Shown piece after piece: positions 7,154-16,287 of a stretch of DNA of 19,617 nucleotides. Every line of letters begins with the position of its first letter. Position 1 is the first letter of the stretch. The stretch comes from Pseudomonadota bacterium (GTDB lineage Bacteria; Pseudomonadota; Gammaproteobacteria; JAKAQQ01): contig DAHVLZ010000026.1 in the NCBI GenBank assembly GCA_027320085.1, forward strand, positions 1-19,617, written 5' to 3'. Below the pieces are notes generated by a model. The model was not told the DNA's origin. It was given only the letters and a program-made list of their open reading frames with translations, and did no database searches. Both the position numbers and the translations under genes were made by a program.

Positions 7154-9898
7154 ATGTCCATCAGAGGTCCGTTCCGGCCGATCCTGCGGGCCGGTCTCCT
7201 GCTCCTTGGAGCGTTGGGTGCGGCACTCTGTGCCACGGCCCATCCGCCGCCGGCCTACGTCCGGCAACCCTACGGGGTCCGCACGAAGCATGAGGCCGGG
7301 TTGAAGCCCGTGACCGATCCGCCGGGGGAACCCTTCGACTGGTTCCGTGATCCGCGCACCCTGGTTGGGGTGTACGGGGGGCCGGAACAGGTGCTCGTCA
7401 CCCCGAAGGGAGCCGTGCGCAACGACTTTGGCACCCTCGTGCTCGAAACCGGCCGGCAGGAGATCCCCATGAACCAGCGGATCAAGACGCTCCTCGCAGG
7501 CTGGCTGCCCGTGGTCGAGGCCCGGTTCAGCCGCCATGGACTCGACTATCACGTCGAGTATTTTGCAAGCCGGATCCCCGGGCTGGGACGCGTCCCGTAC
7601 ACGCTCGAGTACGGTATCCAAAAGCGGCGGCTCACATCGCCGGTGGCCGACATGGTGACCTTCGTCCGGGTCACGGTCAAAAACCCGACCGATCATCCCC
7701 GGACGGTCCGGCTGACCCTCGTGCTCCGGCACCGGGTGCTCTTCAAGAAGAAGTTCCAGGTCTTCACCTCGCCGACCCGGCCGGCCACGGCCCGGTTCTC
7801 GCGCCGGGTCCGGGCCTGGATCGGCGGGGGCCGGCTCCTCTACGGGGTCTCGGCCGAGCCCACCCGGGTCGGAGGCGCGCACGACGAGACCCTGGGCTAC
7901 CGCTGGCGCCTGCCACCGGGTGCCCGCCAATCGCTCGTGGCCAAGATCCCCTATTTCGTGGAACGGGCCCGGGATGCCGGTCGGCTCGAGCGGGCCCGCA
8001 CCCGTCTCTTCCGGGCACGGACGATCCGCTTCTGGAAGCAGGAGATCGGACGGGCCACCGGGATTTCCGTGGATGAGCCGCGGGTGGTCGATACCTACCG
8101 CGCCTCTCTCGTGCTCCTTCTCCTGGATAGCCTCCACCGGGTGGGCGGACGGGATTTCACGCACGCCAACTTCGACATCTATGACCGCTTCTTCATGCGG
8201 GACATGGCCTTCAACATGAAGGCACTCATCGATGCAGGATTTGAGAAAACCGCCCGGAACTCGATGCTCGACCAGTTGCCCTTCTACCAGTACCCGGATG
8301 GGATGTTCCAGTCGCAGGCCCACGAGTACGATGGCAACGGCGAGGCCCTCTGGATGATGGGGGAATACGTCCGTCATACCCACGATCTGGCCTTTGCCCG
8401 AAAGCTGTTTCCACGGATCCGCCGCTCGATGGCCTGGCAGTGGCACCTCCGGAAGGCCCACTGGGCGAGCTCGGGCGGGCTCTATCCGCCCCTCGAGATG
8501 CCCGACGACGAGGAGGTCCGTGGCCATATCGTGGGCTATGATCTTTTCGCGATCGCGGGAGCCCGTGCCGCGGATGCGATCGCCTGCCGGCTGGGCCATG
8601 TGCGGCTGTGCCGGCTGTGGCGGGCGCGCGCTCGCCAGTATGCCCGCATCCTCCGCCGGAAAATCGCACCGGCCTTCCACTCGCTCGGGGTCGTGCCACC
8701 CACGACCGAGGGGCTCCGGGCCCGGGGCTTCGTCGACGGCTGGTACGGTCCCCGCTACGGGATCGACTGGGGCAACCTCGAGATCGTCTGGCCCTCCGCC
8801 GTGTACTCGCCCTGGAGCCCCGTGGTCGCAGCCAGCCTCAAAACCTGGCGGGCCCGTTCCTTCGAGGGGGAGATGACCTACCCCGAGGACGGTCGCGAGA
8901 GCATCCTGCACTCCTACCTGTCCCTCTACCTCCTGGAGACGGAGATCCGCCGCAGCAGCGACTGGCATGCCCTTCAGGATCTCTACAGCGCGCTCGTGCA
9001 CACCACCGCCACGCACATGGCCTCGGAAGGCATGAACGCGACGGCCCGCTGGGGATGGACGGCGAGGAACCTGACCCTGCCCCACGACGAGTTCGCCGCC
9101 CAGTACATCACCTGCCTGCGCGACATGATGGTCTTTGCCCGTGAGGGACGGCTCTATGTGGCGAATGTGCTTTCGCCGGCCTGGCTGGAGGAGGGGCGGA
9201 CGGTTGGGTTCCGGGGCGCAACCCGGTTCGGGAAGCTGGCCTTCCAGATCCGGCGGAGCCGGCGGGTTTTTGCCGTGACGATTGATCCCCCGGACCCGGC
9301 CAACGAACGGGCGATCGTGGTTCATGTGCCGGCGAATGATCGCATCGTCTCCATCACGGGTGTCTCTGCCTGGCGGCTTGATCCGCGCCGCAACGCCGTC
9401 ATCATCAAACATCCGGGAACAGGACTGATCCGGCTTCGGGTCGGCATCCAAAGACGCCATCCCGCCCCGGCCTTGAGTTTTGCGCGGGCGGTGGCCGATT
9501 ACGAGCTCGACTACCGGAAGATGTGGGAACCGATGAAGCTCCAACTGGGAGGGCTTCACCTGGTTTCCCGCCGCATTTCTGCCGGGAGCCGGGTCACGGC
9601 CCGGGCCACACTCACCAACCGGGGTGGGGCAGGGCGGGTGCTTCCCCCGATCCGGCTCTGGATCAACGGCGTGGCCGTGGCCGAGGGCCCCCGGCAGGTC
9701 GCACGCGGCATCGGTTTCAACACGCCGCGTTCGGTCATCTCCTTCGGGCACCACGAGGAGGGGATCGTGCGGGTCAGCCTTTCGGCCCGGATTGAAACCC
9801 CCGGCCTCTACCGGGTGACCCTTTCCTTGGCCGGCCAGCCGCCGCTTCGGCCGGAGACGGTGCGCGTTCTTCCCCTGAGGCCACACGGGGTCCGCTGA
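7154..9898 (+). CDS. Secreted six-hairpin (alpha/alpha)6 glycosidase-like protein with C-terminal Ig/CARDB-like domain (914 aa)
   Basis: GGAGGT RBS before ATG 7154; signal peptide ending ...CATA; motifs YDRFFMRD, EYDGNGEALW, LPHDEFAAQY; C-terminal VTARATLTNRGG...L.ING...PGLYRVTL beta-sandwich. Confidence 0.75.
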   Translation: MSIRGPFRPILRAGLLLLGALGAALCATAHPPPAYVRQPYGVRTKHEAGLKPVTDPPGEPFDWFRDPRTLVGVYGGPEQVLVTPKGAVRNDFGTLVLETGRQEIPMNQRIKTLLAGWLPVVEARFSRHGLDYHVEYFASRIPGLGRVPYTLEYGIQKRRLTSPVADMVTFVRVTVKNPTDHPRTVRLTLVLRHRVLFKKKFQVFTSPTRPATARFSRRVRAWIGGGRLLYGVSAEPTRVGGAHDETLGYRWRLPPGARQSLVAKIPYFVERARDAGRLERARTRLFRARTIRFWKQEIGRATGISVDEPRVVDTYRASLVLLLLDSLHRVGGRDFTHANFDIYDRFFMRDMAFNMKALIDAGFEKTARNSMLDQLPFYQYPDGMFQSQAHEYDGNGEALWMMGEYVRHTHDLAFARKLFPRIRRSMAWQWHLRKAHWASSGGLYPPLEMPDDEEVRGHIVGYDLFAIAGARAADAIACRLGHVRLCRLWRARARQYARILRRKIAPAFHSLGVVPPTTEGLRARGFVDGWYGPRYGIDWGNLEIVWPSAVYSPWSPVVAASLKTWRARSFEGEMTYPEDGRESILHSYLSLYLLETEIRRSSDWHALQDLYSALVHTTATHMASEGMNATARWGWTARNLTLPHDEFAAQYITCLRDMMVFAREGRLYVANVLSPAWLEEGRTVGFRGATRFGKLAFQIRRSRRVFAVTIDPPDPANERAIVVHVPANDRIVSITGVSAWRLDPRRNAVIIKHPGTGLIRLRVGIQRRHPAPALSFARAVADYELDYRKMWEPMKLQLGGLHLVSRRISAGSRVTARATLTNRGGAGRVLPPIRLWINGVAVAEGPRQVARGIGFNTPRSVISFGHHEEGIVRVSLSARIETPGLYRVTLSLAGQPPLRPETVRVLPLRPHGVR

Positions 9899-10015
9899 CA
9901 CCGCGACCGGGCCCGCCGGGCGCCTGCTGCGTGCAGCAGGAGCTTCCTCCGTGATCTTCCCGCTCCGGGCACGACCGGCGTAACGGACTGGAACAGGGAG
10001 GACCGCTGCGGGCGC

Positions 10016-10027
10016 CATGTTAACATG
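10016..10027. promoter_or_regulatory. Perfect 12-bp palindrome CATGTTAACATG, candidate operator upstream of wzx
   Basis: AT-rich perfect palindrome in a GC-rich intergenic region ~125 bp before the wzx ATG. Confidence 0.3.
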
Positions 10028-10150
10028 CCGTCTCCAACCCCCTGATCCAGGTGGGTTTCTGCTTGGCCGCGAGGGAACGGCCGTGGATCGTGCTTGCGGT
10101 ATCCCCCATCCGGTCGGGGGAACGCCGCCAATAAGGAGTGTGTCCCACGC

Positions 10151-11419
10151 ATGAGCAATCGACGTCGACTCATCGGAAATCTGGGTTCACTGTTCTCCGT
10201 CCAAGGGGCCAATTACCTCATTCCGCTCATCACCCTCCCGTACCTCGTCCGCGTCCTGGGTCCTGAAAACTACGGCCTGATTGCCTTTGCGCAGGCATTT
10301 ATCCAGTATTTCACGACGGTTACAAATTACGGCTTCGGCCTGAGCGCGGTCCGCGAAGTTGCCCAGATCCGCGATCAACAAGAACGTTTGGCGACCACCA
10401 TAGGCAGTGTGATGGGCGTCAAGGTTCTTCTCCTCCTCGCCTGTCTCGTGCCCTTCGCCCTGATTGTCTGGGAAATTCCCCGTTTCCGTGCCGATGCGGG
10501 TCTCTATGCTGTGACGACGCTCTCGGTCGCCGGGGCCGTGTTCTTCCCTTCTTGGCTCCTCCAGGGCCTGGAACGCATGAAAGTGCTTGCCGGCCTCACA
10601 ATCGCCGCCCGTCTTCTTTCATCGGCCCTCATTTTCGTGCTGGTGCTGCGTGCCCGGGATTACCTGTGGGCTGCCGCGCTCCAGTCGGCACCACTGCTTC
10701 TGGCCACCCCCTTGGCGTGGTTCCTCCTGGTTCGGTACCACGGGGTTCGGATCCGTTGGCCCAACTTCACCTCGATCTGGCAACAGTTCCGTTCGGGATG
10801 GACACTTTTCCTTTCAACGGTTGCCATCAATCTCTACACTTCGAGCAACACCTTCATCCTGGGTCTCATCGCGGGTCCTGTGGCGGTCGGCTATTTTGCC
10901 GCAGCTTCCAAGCTGGTGGGGGCCGCCCAGGGTCTCCTGTCCCCGTTTTCCCAGACCTTCTTTCCACACATCAGCCATCTGGCCACCCGATCCCGGGAAC
11001 AGGCGCGGGCCACCATCCGGCGGATCCTGCATCTCATGGCCAGTGGCAGCTTTCTGCTGTCCCTGACACTCCTGCTCGCCGCCCGGCCACTCGTCACTGT
11101 CCTCCTCGGCACCCAGTATGGCGCCTCGGTCGCGATCCTGCGCTGGATGGCCTTCCTGCCCTTTGTCATTGCACTCAGCAACGTCTTTGGCATCATGACG
11201 ATGATTCCTTTCCACCTCCATCAATCCTTTAACCGTATCCTGACCCTTTCAGCCGTGTTCAACCTGATCCTGATCGTTCCCCTGGTGACCGGCTTTGGGG
11301 CCAGCGGAGCTGGTATGGCCATGCTCACCACCGAGTGTTTCGTGACCCTGGCCATGGCCGGGACACTAGCCAAGAATGGACTTGCCCCTTGGCGCCGGCC
11401 TGGAACTGAACCGGGGTGA
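10151..11419 (+). CDS. wzx: O-antigen/polysaccharide flippase (Wzx/RfbX)
   Basis: AAGGAG RBS; NLGSLFSVQGANYLIPLITLPYLVRVLGPENYG, YGFGLSAVR, P.WLLQGLERM, VGYFAAA.KL, FFPHIS; ~12 TM. Confidence 0.92.
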   Translation: MSNRRRLIGNLGSLFSVQGANYLIPLITLPYLVRVLGPENYGLIAFAQAFIQYFTTVTNYGFGLSAVREVAQIRDQQERLATTIGSVMGVKVLLLLACLVPFALIVWEIPRFRADAGLYAVTTLSVAGAVFFPSWLLQGLERMKVLAGLTIAARLLSSALIFVLVLRARDYLWAAALQSAPLLLATPLAWFLLVRYHGVRIRWPNFTSIWQQFRSGWTLFLSTVAINLYTSSNTFILGLIAGPVAVGYFAAASKLVGAAQGLLSPFSQTFFPHISHLATRSREQARATIRRILHLMASGSFLLSLTLLLAARPLVTVLLGTQYGASVAILRWMAFLPFVIALSNVFGIMTMIPFHLHQSFNRILTLSAVFNLILIVPLVTGFGASGAGMAMLTTECFVTLAMAGTLAKNGLAPWRRPGTEPG

Positions 11420-12525
11420 ACAAGACCATTCTGGTCGTGGGCGCAGGTTTTGCAGGTTCCGTCATGGCGCGCGAGCTTGCAGACCATGGTTTCCGCATTC
11501 TCGTGATTGACCGTCGTCCGCATATCGGGGGGAATGCCTTCGATACCCCTGACCGGGCAGGGATCCGGATCCACCCATACGGCCCCCACATCTTTCATGC
11601 CAACAGCGAACGGATCGTGGCCTGGCTTTCCCGCTTCACGGAATGGCGCCCCTATGAGCACCGGGTGTTGGCTTGCGTGGATAACGCCTTGCTGCCGATA
11701 CCGATCAACCGGACAACCCTGAACCGTCTCTACGGTCTTGATCTCGACGAGGCCGGAGCTGCATCCTTCCTCGAACGAGTCCGGGAACGTCGGGATCCCA
11801 TCCGGACCAGCGAGGATCTGGTTCTCTCCACCGTAGGTCATGAACTCTGCGAAAAATTTTTCCGTGGCTACACCCGCAAGCAGTGGGGACTGGATCTTTC
11901 CGAACTCAGTGCTTCGGTGGCCGCCCGGATTCCGGTTCGGACCAATGACGACGATCGCTACTTCACGGACAGCTTCCAGGCCATGCCTCTCCACGGATAT
12001 ACGCAGCTATTCGAGTGCATGCTCAACCATCCTGGAATCGAGGTCAGAACCGGAACCGACTACCAGGAGATCCGAGGCACCCTGGATCCCCTGCACACAG
12101 TCTATACTGGCCCCATCGATGCCTTCTTCGATCACCGATTTGGCGTGTTGCCCTACCGTTCGCTCTATTTTGAGCATGAGCACATCGGGAACCGGAAGTG
12201 GTTCCAGCCGACCGGGACCGTCAATTACCCCAACGATCACGCCTTTACCCGGATCAGCGAATTCAAGCACCTGACCGGTCAGGACTGCCCGGGAACCTCG
12301 ATCGTCCGCGAATATCCGCGAGCCGCAGGCGACCCATACTATCCGATTCCGCGGCCCGAGAACGAGGCCCTGTACCAGAAATACCGGGAACTGGCTGATC
12401 GCCTTCCGGATCTGACTTTTGTCGGACGGCTCGCCCAGTACCGGTACTACAACATGGACCAGGTTGTTGGAGCGGCACTCACTGCCTCCAACCGGCTGGT
12501 CCGGAAGCTGGATCCTAGCACCTGA
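11416..12525 (+). CDS. glf: UDP-galactopyranose mutase
   Basis: VVGAGFAG, HIGGNAFD, HPYGPHIFH, YTRKQWG, YTGPID, GRLAQYRYYNMDQV; GTGA overlap with wzx. Confidence 0.97.
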   Translation: MNKTILVVGAGFAGSVMARELADHGFRILVIDRRPHIGGNAFDTPDRAGIRIHPYGPHIFHANSERIVAWLSRFTEWRPYEHRVLACVDNALLPIPINRTTLNRLYGLDLDEAGAASFLERVRERRDPIRTSEDLVLSTVGHELCEKFFRGYTRKQWGLDLSELSASVAARIPVRTNDDDRYFTDSFQAMPLHGYTQLFECMLNHPGIEVRTGTDYQEIRGTLDPLHTVYTGPIDAFFDHRFGVLPYRSLYFEHEHIGNRKWFQPTGTVNYPNDHAFTRISEFKHLTGQDCPGTSIVREYPRAAGDPYYPIPRPENEALYQKYRELADRLPDLTFVGRLAQYRYYNMDQVVGAALTASNRLVRKLDPST

Positions 12526-12660
12526 AGGGCAGACTGGTCCGATACCGGACAACCAGCCTGCAATTGCCGGATCCTGCTTTCAGCATGAGTGATTTCCCTC
12601 TGCCCTTCCCGGAGCGAGCAGGCATTCTTGGCCGTGTCCGGGTGTGCCAGGCACCGGTCT

Positions 12661-12972
12661 TCATGAATGGGCGTATCTCATAGTGGTTTTCGTCGTGGGC
12701 AGAGCGTTTCCCATGAGACAGTCCTGGAGTGTCGGGTCGGCCCGCTCCGCCCGACCCTTCGCCTGCGGGGTATGGACCTGGATGGGTTCGATGTCGAGCA
12801 TCCGGAGAGCACCGGCAAACTGGATGCGCTCGCCCTCCCGGTTGGGATGGTTCACGCGGAAGATACCGTGCTTGTCCGAGTAGCGCGCCACGGAACGACC
12901 GTACTGGTGCAGGGAGACACCGAGGGTGCGCAGATACGCCTCGGTGGTCCCGGCCGGGGCGTACCCGTGTAG
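12661..12972 (-). pseudogene. ISNCY-family transposase internal remnant (integrase core)
   Basis: Minus frame reads YAPAGTTEAYLRTLGVSLHQYGRSVARYSDKHGIFRVNHPNREGERIQFAGALRMLDIEPIQVHTPQAKGRAERADPTLQD, matching the ISNCY PxALYSDKHxIFR...TQF.RAL..L.I......PQAKGRVER...TLQDRL core; both termini are missing. Confidence 0.8.
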
Positions 12973-13144
12973 ATGGCCTCCTGGTCATCCCTCCGTACGC
13001 GGACGCATGCAGTCCCTTGTGCCAGAAAAAGGGGCGTGATAGCCTTTGCACGGTATGTTCCGGGTTGCAGAACAAGCGCAAACAGTTGTAGCCCGAACGT
13101 AGATTGTGAAAGTGATTCAAAAACGGCTTTAGGAGATATGGAAC

Positions 13145-13672
13145 ATGCAAACTTCCAATTCAATCACCGCCACTTCATGTCATAAGGCACTGCCTGCCAT
13201 CCTCATGATATTGGCCTTGACGGGCTGTGCAACGATCATGGGCCATAACATGACCCACATGGGGATCAGCAGCGTGCCGCCGGGCGCTCATGTGATGATC
13301 GCCACCCTGAACGGGCATCAGGTCTACAAGGGAACAACCCCGGCCCATGTGGTTTTGCAAAAAAGCACGGGACACTACTGGGGTGGGGAAGCTTACAAGG
13401 TCAAAATTTCCCTCGCGGGTTATAAGAACCAGACCATTCTGCTGGTCGCACGGCCGGACGGGTGGTATTTGTGGGGCAATATGTTCTTCGGGGGGCCGTT
13501 CGGCTGGTTTGTGGTTGATCCGTGGAATGGTGCCATGTACACGCTCCAACCGCAGGGCAACTCCAGATTTAAATACAAAAAGGGAACACTGGGTGTGGTG
13601 ATGATCCGGGATGTTCCTCCTGCGCTGCGTAAAAAAATGGTGAAAGTGGGTCAGTTAAAGCCGGCCTCCTGA
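13145..13672 (+). CDS. Lipoprotein with PEGA-like domain
   Basis: AGGAG RBS; lipobox LTGC; ISSVPPGAHV...GTTPAHVVL...KISLAGY PEGA pattern; GN..FGG..GW.VVDP.NGAMY motif. Confidence 0.8.
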   Translation: MQTSNSITATSCHKALPAILMILALTGCATIMGHNMTHMGISSVPPGAHVMIATLNGHQVYKGTTPAHVVLQKSTGHYWGGEAYKVKISLAGYKNQTILLVARPDGWYLWGNMFFGGPFGWFVVDPWNGAMYTLQPQGNSRFKYKKGTLGVVMIRDVPPALRKKMVKVGQLKPAS

Positions 13673-13951
13673 CCGGAGGGTCATGTGCGCTGGCGCGCAT
13701 GTCCCGAGAAGCGGGTGCGCCTTTCTTCCCGCCGGTGTGACGGTACCTGCACCGGCGGGGGGATTCAGTCGAAGCGCGGTGGTGCCCGAGGTTTTGTCAT
13801 GCGGCCCGGAGTGCGGGCCACATTTCCCTTGACCGGCTGTTGGCCAGCCAGGCCGGGATCGGGGAGGGGTCATCCGGGTCACCACCGGCGTGACCATGAT
13901 CCGGTCCGGATCGTCTGACGTGGGTTTCCCTCCCGCGAGGGGCCGCCTCCG

Positions 13952-14311
13952 TCATGATCCCCGCCTGGCCAAGAGCCGGGCCAGGACCACCGCGTTGTTG
14001 TGCAGCTCATCGAGCGCGGCATAGACCAGGGTGACCGTCCCCTGGCCTCTCGCCGTCTCGCGGAAGGCAGCGAGCGCTTCCGTTCGGTTTTTGAGTTCAT
14101 CCCGGTAGCGCTTCTGGAACTCCATCCAGCGATCGGGGTCGTGTCCGAACCAGCCCCGGAGTTCCGTGCTCGGAGCGAGATCGCGGGCCCAGAGATCGAT
14201 GGCCGCCTTGGATTTTGCGAGACCTCGCGGCCAGAGCCGGTCGACGAGCACGCGGAAACCGTCCGCGGGCTCGGGCGCAAGGTAGACGCGTTTGACTCCG
14301 ATCTTCGGCAT
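13952..14311 (-). CDS. yeaO: DUF488 family protein (YeaO-like)
   Basis: VKRVY, DGFRVLVDRLWPRG, APSTELR.WFGHDP, TLVYAA.DE.HNNAVVL; AGGAG RBS before ATG 14311. Confidence 0.9.
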   Translation of the reverse strand: MPKIGVKRVYLAPEPADGFRVLVDRLWPRGLAKSKAAIDLWARDLAPSTELRGWFGHDPDRWMEFQKRYRDELKNRTEALAAFRETARGQGTVTLVYAALDELHNNAVVLARLLARRGS

Positions 14312-14367
14312 GACCCGCACTCCTGGCATGCCTGCTGTACCCTCATTTTACGCGCGGGGGAGACGGA

Positions 14368-15584
14368 CTATCCGGTGATCCGGAGGCTCCGGAAAGCGCT
14401 CCTCAGGGTTCCCGGAAAGGCTTTGAGGGTGGCGCGCAGCCAGTCGCTCGTCAGGAGTGCGCACAGGGACAGGGTGGCGAGCAGGAGCCAAGCCACCTCG
14501 GCCGCGGTCTCGAGGAGGGAACCTGGAGGCAGAAGGACACGCAGGAGCCCACCTCCGGCCACGAGGAAGAAGGAGAGTCCCAAGCGGGTCATCACCGGGC
14601 GGATCCCAAGACCCGAAAAGGAGAAGAGCAGGGCCGCATCCGCGCCCACCCGGAACACCCAGGCCAGGGCGGCTCCCGGCAGCCCGAACTCGACCAGGCC
14701 AACCCAGAGCAGGGCCAGGTAGGGGGCGAGTTCCAGGAGGTGGAAACGGGCCGTGAGGTCGGGCCGTCCTCGGGCCTGGAGGAGGCCATAGGGAATGAAG
14801 GCAAGCCCGTTCGCCCAGATGCCCAGGAGAGGATTTCCCCCACGGGGGCCGCGCGTTTGGCGAAGGCCGGGTTGATCCAGGGCGCGAGGAACGGGTGCAT
14901 CAGGAAGATGCCGACCAGGATGAGTGGGGTCGTGAGGCTGTTTAATGCCAGCACGGCAGGGCGCGCGGTGGCCTGGGCCGTCTCCGGTTCAGACTGGGAC
15001 AGGCGGGGGAAGAGCGGGCGTGCGAGACCGCCCGCGCCGCACGGTGACCGGGATCAGGACGGCGAGGGAGGGGCTCCAGAAATAGGCGGCGAGGAGGGGG
15101 GTCACGTAGTAAAGCAGGCTTCCTCCCAGCTGGAGCAGGTTCACCGTTCCGGAACGCTCGCGTGCCTCGAGCGCGCCGGTGAGGACGCTCGTGGTCAGGC
15201 TCAGGGGGACGGCCAGGGCAGGGAGATCCGGATTTCGTGGACGAAAGCCGGGGTCAGGGTGAAGACCGGGCCGACCAGGAGGCGACCGGCAATATATAAG
15301 AGGAGTCCCCCGAGAAGACCCAGGGCAGTATTCAGGGCGAGAGCCGTCCAGAAGACTCCTTCCCGTCCACGAACGTCGGTGAGCTGGGCGATCCGGTTCG
15401 TCGTGGTCCGGGTGAGTCCCAGATTGAACAGGCCGAAATAACCCAGGATCATCCAGAGGATGGCGAGAACGCCGTAGCGCTCCGTCCCGATCCGGGCGAG
15501 GTAGCGGGGAACCGTGACCAGGACGATCAGGAGCGATCCGATTGCCCCGGCCAGGTTGTAGACGGTATGGCGGGCCACGCTCAT
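14368..15584 (-). pseudogene. Polysaccharide flippase (Wzx-type) pseudogene with several frameshifts and an apparent internal deletion
   Basis: MSVARHTVYNLAG...ERYGVL...YFGLFNLGL start; frame breaks near 15215, 15035 and 14825; downstream fragments LTGALEARER, PLFPRLS, GIWANGLAFIPYGLLQARGRPDLTARFHLLEL lie in different frames. Confidence 0.85.
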
Positions 15585-15695
15585 GACGAAGATTCTACCG
15601 GGAGTGGGTGGGCCTGGGGCGATTCGCCCCGTCTTTCCTCCAACCGGCTAGAATGGGGACACCGCGGTGGGGAGGGATGGTCCGGGAGATGGTTT

Positions 15696-16238
15696 ATGGG
15701 CGGTTCCGTGTCTTCGCGCAAAGTGATCGTGGTCTGGCGGGTCGGGGGTGTCGTCTTCCTGGTTGCACTGGCGGGCTGCGTGGCTGCGCCCCGCATGTTG
15801 CAACCGGCCCGTCCCCCGATTCCCGTCACATCGGTTCATTTTTTCATGAGTCCCCGCTGGCCCACGCATTATGAACTCATGGCCCGCTTGGATACATCGG
15901 GACTGGGTGGCTATAGCGCGCCGGGTACCGACTGCCTGATCCTCCAGATCCTGAAAAAGCAGGCCGCCCGGATGGGAGCCAATGCCATTCTCCTGAAGGA
16001 TCCACCACCGGCGGGTCCCTATGGGCCCGGGGTTTCAGAAGTCGGAGGGATTCCGGTAAGCCCCGAGGGCTTCCAAGCCGAGATGTGGCAGCAATACGAG
16101 TCCCAGGCCTCGAATCCGGGTGTGTACCCGACGGGACTTCCGGGCCCGTACTACCTGGGGTATGCCGCTCACGTGGTTCCGGGGAGCCGTCCGAGGGGGA
16201 TCCGCATCCAGTCCTACCTCTGCCAGACACTCCGGTAG
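15696..16238 (+). CDS. Hypothetical lipoprotein (YbjQ/DUF4156-like helix-strand motif)
   Basis: Lipobox LAGC after a hydrophobic stretch; LKKQAARMGANAILL motif; start uncertain. Confidence 0.65.
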   Translation: MGGSVSSRKVIVVWRVGGVVFLVALAGCVAAPRMLQPARPPIPVTSVHFFMSPRWPTHYELMARLDTSGLGGYSAPGTDCLILQILKKQAARMGANAILLKDPPPAGPYGPGVSEVGGIPVSPEGFQAEMWQQYESQASNPGVYPTGLPGPYYLGYAAHVVPGSRPRGIRIQSYLCQTLR

Positions 16239-16287
16239 CCAGGACGGGATCCCGGTACCGGGCACGCAGATGAAGCAGGAGCCCCCC

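Noticed and set aside
5539-7293. 584-aa plus-strand ORF
   Set aside because: Antisense to the well-supported SDR and GMC genes.
7082-10018. 978-aa minus-strand ORF
   Set aside because: Antisense shadow of the glycosidase gene, common in high-GC DNA; no recognisable motifs.
10090-10105. ops/JUMPstart element before wzx
   Set aside because: TGCGGTATC is only a partial match to GGCGGTAG.
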